This document shows, in pieces, positions 39,392-47,425 of a stretch of 47,425 nt of DNA. Both the position numbers and the translations under genes were made by a program. Below the pieces are notes generated by a model. That model was not told where the DNA came from. It saw nothing but the letters and a program-made list of their open reading frames with translations, and ran no database searches. Numbering within the stretch: the stretch's first letter is position 1; each line of letters begins with the position of its first letter. This DNA is from Octopus sinensis (taxonomy: Eukaryota), in NCBI RefSeq assembly GCF_006345805.1, contig NW_021835444.1:1-47425 (forward strand), given 5' to 3'.

Positions 39392-39865
39392 CTGAGTATG
39401 ATTGGTATGTATCAGTTATTTTTACGGAACGTGTAGAAGTAAAACTGAATCACTAATGCTACCGTTATATACATCATTCTCTGAGGAATATTTAATGGAA
39501 CCGAGTGTTGAATTATATTCAGTGTTGTTAATTATGTCATAATTGCGAAATAAGACAGTTCAATCACTTAAAATAGCTGAATAGTTTGGGGAAATGTTGT
39601 GTCATCTCCTGTCCAGCGCAATCGGATGTCATTGACTTGTTTAGTATCCGCCACACTCTCCTTTCCTCCATCAGCATTACAATAGAGATTTGTTCAAATT
39701 TTGTGTTGTTCAACAATATTTACTGCTTACTTCACTAACTACCGGTTTCCATATTAACATTATCAACGTACAGATTTATCTTCTCTTTCCCAACAGTGTG
39801 CTTCAAATTAAAGTCTGCGCTGTTTGATGGATACTGTTAATAATGGCATGCTTTCATAATATAAA

Positions 39866-40256
39866 TCTATATATATTAAGCTGAAGTTGTCTGTGTGTGG
39901 CAGGTTTGGTAGCCTTCAACTAACACTATCTCCTCCGAGACACTGCGGCGCAAGTTGACTAATATTGAGAGTATAATAGAAGAAGGCTTGCTCTTCATTC
40001 CTTGGATGATAAAATTCAAATCCGACTATGTTAAGACCAAAAATTATTTACATGCAAAAGGTGCTTTTTTTCTATGAAAATCCCTATTTTTTACGATTTT
40101 TTCACTGCTGTGTCGCCATTTGTCGGTGTATTTCAACCAGAAAAATGTTCACTTAAAGAGAATAACAATCTACAAAATGCAATTTTTTTTACTTTTCGAA
40201 AATTTCAATTCTAAAGGGTCGAAACAAACCCGATCAACGCCGGGGGATACTGCTAA
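39866..40256 (+). mobile_element. Non-autonomous Helitron-like element
   Basis: Starts A|TCTATATATATTAAG and ends with the GC hairpin CCCG-ATCAACGC-CGGG (40229-40244) about 8 nt before CTAA (canonical CTAG, decayed). No TIR or TSD. Confidence 0.7.
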
Positions 40257-40553
40257 CTTTTTGATAAATGTCGATCCTAGGAAACGTTCGTCTCTCTCCA
40301 TAACAACTCAGAATGCATTCCATTTAGCCTCCTTTTTTAATAGTTTCATAAAACTTATATATCAGTGTGTTATGTGCAGTAAATGAAGGTACAGTAACCC
40401 AAAGCCACAGTTTTTGGAGTTCATTTCATCTGGTTCACATATTGAAGATATTTTGCCATCTCAAATAATTTACATATGCTCTGGGTTTTTTATTCAGGAA
40501 CCCAGATTATCATATAACATTCAGGTAGTGATAAATTTAAGCACATTATATAA

Positions 40554-40768
40554 TGGCTGTGTGGTAAAATGCTTGCTTCCCAACCACATGGCTCCAGGAT
40601 CGGTCCCACTGCGTGGCACCTTACACAAGTGACTTCCACAATAGCCTCGGGCCGACCAAATCGGATTTCGTAGACCAAAACTGAAGCCCGTCGTATATAT
40701 ACATAATATATGTGTGTGGGGTGTCCGTGTGTGTATGTGCGTCTTTGTGTCTGTGTTTGTCCCCCACA
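40554..40768 (+). mobile_element. SINE family 1, 3'-truncated
   Basis: TGGCTGTGTGGTAAAATGCTTGCTTCCCAACCACATGG...GCCTCGGGCCGACCAAA...GAAGCCCGTCGTATAT. Confidence 0.88.
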
Positions 40769-41039
40769 TAATGGAAGTCCTGAAATTAGAGCAAGAGATA
40801 TAAGCATTCATAAGCCTTGCTTGGTTTTAGTACCTCGAAAGCGAGATTTGCTGCTTAAGATATGGCAGTCTAAGTGAATCTATGCAATACAAAGTCATAA
40901 ATGAAAACCAAACTTCTCAGCGAAGGGCTGTGATGTTTATATATATATATATATATTATATATATATATATATAATATAAATATATATATATATATAAAT
41001 ATATATATATATGTGTGTGTGTGTATGTGTGTGTATAAC

Positions 41040-41070
<31 letters not shown>

Positions 41071-41753
41071 TTTTATATATATATATATACATATACTTAT
41101 ACACGCACTGTACGTCATATGTACGTATATATATATATATATCATGTATATATATATATAATGTATATATTATATATTATATATATATATATATAATATA
41201 TATATATATATGATAGAAGCTGAAGAATATTTTATATCTCATGATAAAGTAGCGTGTATGATGCGTAGATAATTAAAATGGCTTTTACGAAAAAATCTTC
41301 TAAATGATTTATGGTTTACCTAAAGATTTTAGTGAATAATGCATAATTTTGTAAAATTCACTGTTTGAAAACTTTTGCCCGACATTTGATATTAAGTTTA
41401 GTAATAAATGTACTCACGCGCGCACTCGCGCACAACACCCCCACCTACACCCCCTCCACACACATACACAGATGCACACAAGTACGCACACAGACATGCA
41501 TACACACGTATGTACACATGAATATATAATGAATAGGAGTGAAGTCATGGAACAGGGCTATAAGATTTTATGCATATATACATACGTATATATTAATGCA
41601 CTCACTCTTTTACACAGAAACACACATACACACATACGTGTTTATTTATAATACATAAGTGTGCCTGTGTGTTTATCTATATATACGTTTACATGCACAC
41701 ATGTGTGTGCCTATATGTATGTGTCTTTAACGAATATATATACATATATTTAT

Positions 41754-41818
<65 letters not shown>

Positions 41819-41989
41819 TGCGTGTGTAATTTATATATGTATATAACACATGTGTGTGCCTGTATGTGTGTGTTTATGAATGCATATACATAAATTTATA
41901 TATGTATATATATATGTGTGTGTGTATATTTATGTATCTATATATATATATATATATATAATATATATATATACATACATATATAAATA

Positions 41990-42041
<52 letters not shown>

Positions 42042-42061
42042 CATATATAAATTATATATAT

Positions 42062-42097
<36 letters not shown>

Positions 42098-42439
42098 CTA
42101 TACATATATATATATAATATGTATATACATATAATATATATATATATATAATATATACATATATACATATATGCCGATAGATAGATAGATAGATAGATAG
42201 ATGTGTGTATACATGGGGAAATGTGTGCTTGTGATTTACTGTCTAGATATGAAAATGCATGCATACGTACATAAACACTGGTACATATACACGCGTACGT
42301 ACATGCATAGATACACGCAGATAACAAGCGAGAATCTTTAGGGAAAAATTGATCAGAAGATACATAAAACTGTTTAATTTGCTCGAATGTGAAAAACAAA
42401 CACACAAACAGACAAAGGCTAAAACAACAACGGCACCAC

Positions 42440-42477
<38 letters not shown>

Positions 42478-42951
42478 GTAGAGCCAACTGCTTTCTGTTC
42501 TTTACTTTGATAGGAAATGACTGAAAGTATTTTGGCATTAATGGTGTGCTTTGTTATATTTCTGTCGCTACGTTTGCTTTGTAGTGTAACGTATGTATGT
42601 GTGTGGATATGTATGTGTGTATATATGTATGCTTGTATGTATGTATGTATGTATGCATGAATGTATATATATACACACACACATATATATGCATATATAT
42701 ATGTATATATATGCATATATACATATCTAGCAGTCTATTTATAAATCATTCTATCTACCTACCTACCAAAATGCATGTATATATATATATCCGTATATTC
42801 ATATATGTGTGTATGGTCGGTGTGCCTATGTGTATATATATATATATACATATATACATATATATATACATGTGTATATCTATATACATGTGAATATATA
42901 TATATATGTATATCTACATATATATATATACATCTATGCATATATAATATA

Positions 42952-42990
<39 letters not shown>

Positions 42991-42993
<3 letters not shown>

Positions 42994-43252
42994 TAAATAT
43001 TAGGAATAAATCCAAATTTACAGGGAAAAAATCAGATTTAGGATTAAATCCAATTTTATAGTAAAATATTATAAAATATTATTAGAGACAAAACCACTAT
43101 TTTGCAAAACACACAAGGAAAGTCTTAATCAATACATAAAATTTTTTAATAAATAGTCTATAATTGACTATTTATTAAAATTTTATGTATTGATTAAGTA
43201 TTTCCTTGTTTGTTTTGCAAAATAGTGGTTTTGTCTCTAATAATATTTTATA
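42991..43252. mobile_element. PLE-like terminal module with a long foldback (arms ~43070-43158 / 43166-43252)
   Basis: ~88-bp near-perfect inverted arms with a 7-nt loop TATAATT. The first 43 nt are homologous to 15275-15315; (TA)n on both sides. Confidence 0.8.
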
Positions 43253-43304
43253 TATATATATATATATATGCATATATACATATGTATATATATGGCTAGA
43301 TGTG

Positions 43305-43349
<45 letters not shown>

Positions 43350-43412
43350 ATATATATTATATATATATATATATAGATAGATAGATAGATAGATAGATAC
43401 ATCGATGTATAT

Positions 43413-43443
<31 letters not shown>

Positions 43444-43841
43444 CACGCCCATACACACACACTCACATATTAGCATAGATATATATATCTGTATGATGTT
43501 AGTTTGGAGTTTGAATGTATATAGGTACGTATCATTTCGATTTCGTTGTTTTATTACATAATACATTCTTTCATCGTCTGACTGTTCCTTCCATCGACAA
43601 TTACATTCGACTGTGTATTATTTATTTTGTGCTCTTTGCCGAAATTTGTCTTTATGTTTACCTCTGAAGAGTCGCAACTAAAATTAATGAAGCTACATCG
43701 ACAGAGTGACGTAAAGGCTCGAGACAACATTACATGTATAAACGCATCGCCATATTTGATGCACACATTTCTGTGTGTAGTCATAAATAAGTATACATCT
43801 TTGCATTTATATATATATATTATATATATATATATATTTTA

Positions 43842-43880
<39 letters not shown>

Positions 43881-43965
43881 TATACAGGTACATGTATTAT
43901 ATACACACACGAATAAGTTTATATACAAAACCTTACATAAACTCACGGACGGACACACAAGTAGG

Positions 43966-44030
<65 letters not shown>

Positions 44031-44767
44031 ATATATCCGTGTCGATGCATAAATTTGTTGAGTACAAGTTGGAAGAAAGAAATATATAAACATCATATCT
44101 TTTAAAGTTCCACGCTGATATCATTAAACATATTTCATATATATATATATATATCTGTGTGTGTATCTACGTATGTGCATATAAGTATATATGTATATAT
44201 ACATATATATGCATGCATATATATATATATACATTCATATATATATATATACATACATACATATATATACATATCCAAACACACACATAAACGCATGGAT
44301 ATATTGACAATAATATATTTATCATCGATGGCGTCACACATTTTGCAAAATGTTAGCGAAATTATGAAAAACTTATAATTACACGCATATATCTTTACAT
44401 GACTCTGTCTATTATTGAATTACAATTCACATAAACGTATAATACGTACATACATATTCTGCATATGCATAAATGTATGCATATGCATACATAAACTCTC
44501 AAACATATCTATGTACGTAATTGTGTTTACATAAATATGTTTGCTAGTGTATATGCTCTTGGTGAGTGCCACACCGTTCGTCCACTCGCCTCTCGAAAAT
44601 GACAACTTTTGTTGTAGTCTTATGCCGGTCATTTTCTTTTCGGCGTGTAAATGTCAAAGTTCATCGGAAGGTCCAGTCCTTGTTACTGCGTTGTGAATGT
44701 ATCCTGAGGTTTGTGTCATCCAAGCGTAGTTAACTGGCCACGGAAATAGATAGAAATCGTGATAATA

Positions 44768-44975
44768 CATCGGAGAAAATGCTTCACATATTTCTTCTGA
44801 CTTGATTCATTAGGTTCTGAACTAAAATTTTGCCGAGGTACATTTAGTCCTTCACCTCATCCATATCGACAAAATGAAACACGAGTGAAGGGATTTGGTG
44901 TAATCGGCATGTAATCACGTTTCAAATTGCTGGCATTTGATTTTCATTAAATTCCTCATTGAATCTTAGACCACA
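44768..44975 (+). repeat. Copy 1 of a local direct duplication (decayed SINE 2 + flank)
   Basis: Shares private variants and the flank TTTCATTAAATTCCTC...TCTTAG.CCACA with 45537-45774. Confidence 0.8.
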
Positions 44976-44989
44976 TGCGTAAGTTAGTA

Positions 44990-45120
44990 GTAATTTTATC
45001 GATCCCGAAAGGCTGAGGAGCTGCATTAACCTCAGGGGAATTTGAACTCAGAGCATGAAAACGGACGAAGTACCACTTAACTTTTGGCCCGGCGTGCTAA
45101 CGATTCCGTCAGTCCACCGC
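44990..45120 (-). mobile_element. SINE family 2, 5' half
   Basis: The reverse complement reads GCGGTGGACTGACGGAATCGTTAGCACGCCGGGCC...CTCTGAGTTCAAATTCCCC...CCTTTCGGGATCGATAAAATT. Confidence 0.8.
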
Positions 45121-45536
45121 ATTTTCGAAATATAATTCCATAAATTTCGTTAAAGGTATCCATAACGATTGAGACATCTAAAAGAGAACCACGCCACACT
45201 TGATTGCTAGACAGATCAACGATAATCATACAGTTACGTAATCTATTATAATTGCACGGTATGCGTCTATGAAGAGATGTTCACCGGTGCCCCAGAATGG
45301 TCGCAGCTCCCGAGCTGATACTAATTAACGAGTTAAAGAGAGGCATTTCATAATCTGCAACACCAATAGCATCCAAAATTATCCAATGAATTAATAACAA
45401 TATGACTTTATGAGATCCAGGTTCCTCGGATTATCATTTACAGGTTTCATACCTAATTAGGAACTGAAATAGATTGATTATTGTGCAACGTTATTACTAA
45501 CTAGATTAATGTGGGGAATTAGCGGGATCGCTTACG

Positions 45537-45774
45537 CATCGGAGAAAATGTTTAACATATTTCTTCTGACTTGGCTCATTACGTTCTGAACGAAAATTTT
45601 GCCGACGTACATTTAGCCGTTCACCTTTACGGGATCGACAAAATAAAACACCAGGACTGCGGTTGGTGTAATCGGCATGTTATTCACCATTCAAATTTAT
45701 GGCATTTTACCAAGATTCATACTATAAAAGAGCTTTCAACTTTCATTAAATTCCTCCATCTATCTTAGTCCACA
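45537..45774 (+). repeat. Copy 2 of the local direct duplication
   Basis: See 44768-44975. Confidence 0.8.
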
Positions 45775-46101
45775 ATTAATGGAAGAACGTGGGGACAGAG
45801 CACTCAAACACTTCTCCCGTAGAGTTTTATCAGAGGACCGCCGTTACATTTTCCGATTGTATTCTTGTGAGTATGGGAATTATCCAAGCGTATCACTGTT
45901 GGTAGCTCCGATGTTTTCTGTCTGTTCAGTGAGCTTGAAGAATCTATCTTGCAATTCTTTCCTGCGATATTCTAATCACGAGGCCGTATACGAGGGGCTG
46001 TGAGAGGCTAATGCAGAGAAAGAGCGGCTCGACCTGAAAAGGAAATCACTGTCCTTCAAGCTACGCTCCCCGTCGAGTATCATTATTTCAGAGAAACTTA
46101 A

Positions 46102-46318
46102 GGCGGTGAGCTGGCAGAAACGTTAGCGCGCTGGAAGAAATGCTTAGAGGTATTTCGCCCGTCGCTACGTTCTCAGTTCAAATTCCACCGAGGTCGACTT
46201 TACCTTTCATCCTTTCGGGGTCGATAAATTAAATACCAGTCAAGTACTGGGGTCGATGTGATCGACATCCCTCTTACCCCCAATTTTCAGGCCTTGTGTC
46301 TGGATTAGAAAGGATTAT
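46102..46318 (+). mobile_element. SINE family 2, full-length monomer
   Basis: GGCGGTGAGCTGGCAGAAACGTTAG head, GTTCAAATTCC B-box-like motif, central GAGGTCGACTTTACCTTTCATCCTTTCGGGGTCGATAAA, and the tail GGCCTTGTGTCTGGATTAGAAAGGATTAT. Confidence 0.9.
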
Positions 46319-46553
46319 ATAAGAGTTCCATCAATACCCCTTTTCCTCGATTTACGACCGAATTCCATTCCGTCTGACTAGTCGTATGTCGGATTTATGT
46401 TTTTCAGCATTATTTTCATTCAACGCAACTGAGGCTATGAAAGCGACCATTCATGATCGCTTTCATATTCAAAACACCACTCACAAATATATATATATAT
46501 ATATATATAATATATATATATATATATTATATATATATATGTATGTAGGTATG

Positions 46554-46584
<31 letters not shown>

Positions 46585-46732
46585 TGTATATATATTATAT
46601 ATATATATATTATATATATATATATATTACTAGATATATATATATAGACATATATATATTATATATATATATATATATATATTATACATTATTTATATAT
46701 ATATCTAATATATATATAACATATATTATATA

Positions 46733-46889
46733 CACGACGAATGTCTTTCAGTTTCTTCTCCAAATCCATTCACAAGTCTTTGGTCGGCCTGAGTCGATAC
46801 CAGAAGACACTTGCCCAAGATCCCACGCTGTGGGACTGAAACCGGATTCATGTGGTTGGTAAGCAAGCTTATTACCACACAGCCACTCC
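46733..46889 (-). mobile_element. SINE family 1, 5' half
   Basis: The reverse complement starts GGAGTGGCTGTGTGGTAATAAGCTTGCTTACC and contains CTTGGGCAAGTGTCTTC. Confidence 0.9.
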
Positions 46890-47425
46890 ATTTAAAATGC
46901 TCACCTACCTGTCCATTGTCACACACCTTTTAACATTATAAGACAATCCTGCCGCAATTAACCTTTAAAAAATCCCCTGGGAAATTCTCCGGATATTCCA
47001 CTTCAGTTTTACACTGGACTGTAAATGTTAACATAAATGCCGTCATGACGTTGTCACGTGCTATCGTATTTCTTACCTTACTATTTATCAATCTAATTGC
47101 AGTTTTACTTATACGAAAAAAAGAAAATAGAAACACCTGTGCAGAAAGGTATGATTTATTCATTAGTGTAGTAAAAACACGGACATTAAACACAAGCAAA
47201 TACATGCATGCGAGCGCGTGCACACACACACAGATGTGCGCAAATATGTATAAATATTACCACTACTTATATAAGTATATATACTTCCATCTATATACAC
47301 ACATACACACATATACACAATATATATATATATATATTTATATCTATCTGCATATCTATCTATCTAGCTAACTATCTGTTTGTCTGTCTGTCTGCCTATC
47401 TGCCTATATGTCTGCCTGCCTACCT

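Noticed and set aside
43664-43710. CTGAAGA...GAAG hammerhead-like string
   Set aside because: GAAA is absent and no convincing helices form.

Overview
AT-rich eukaryotic intronic or intergenic DNA, saturated with microsatellites ((TA)n, (ATGT)n, (AAT)n, (CCA)n, (GT)n). The SINE families and repeat landscape point to an octopus (coleoid cephalopod) genome; this is recognition from memory, not a database result. No host-gene exon can be called confidently, and almost all ORFs in the supplied track are translated microsatellites or SINEs. The interpretable content is transposon debris: about 15 copies or fragments of a tRNA-headed CORE-like SINE, about 10 copies of a second tRNA-headed SINE (some as internal tandem arrays), decayed R4/Dong and CR1 LINE fragments, an internally deleted mariner transposase, a non-autonomous Helitron-like element and decayed Penelope-like (PLE) RT remnants. 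The most interesting signal is a set of type I hammerhead-ribozyme (HHR) folds from at least three sequence families. These are an outward-facing inverted pair at 6.6/7.1 kb, an outward-facing pair with a non-canonical CCGANGA core at 9.8/10.1 kb (one overlapped by its own antisense arm), and minimal HHRs with palindromic helix III and almost no helix II (25.7 kb; decayed at 17.2, 15.3, 23.6 and 29.5 kb). Most sit in short modules that abut (TA)n tracts, as expected for PLE pseudo-LTRs or non-autonomous retrozyme-like elements. All folds were derived by eye and no activity is shown. Boundaries of decayed repeats are approximate (about +/-10-30 nt).
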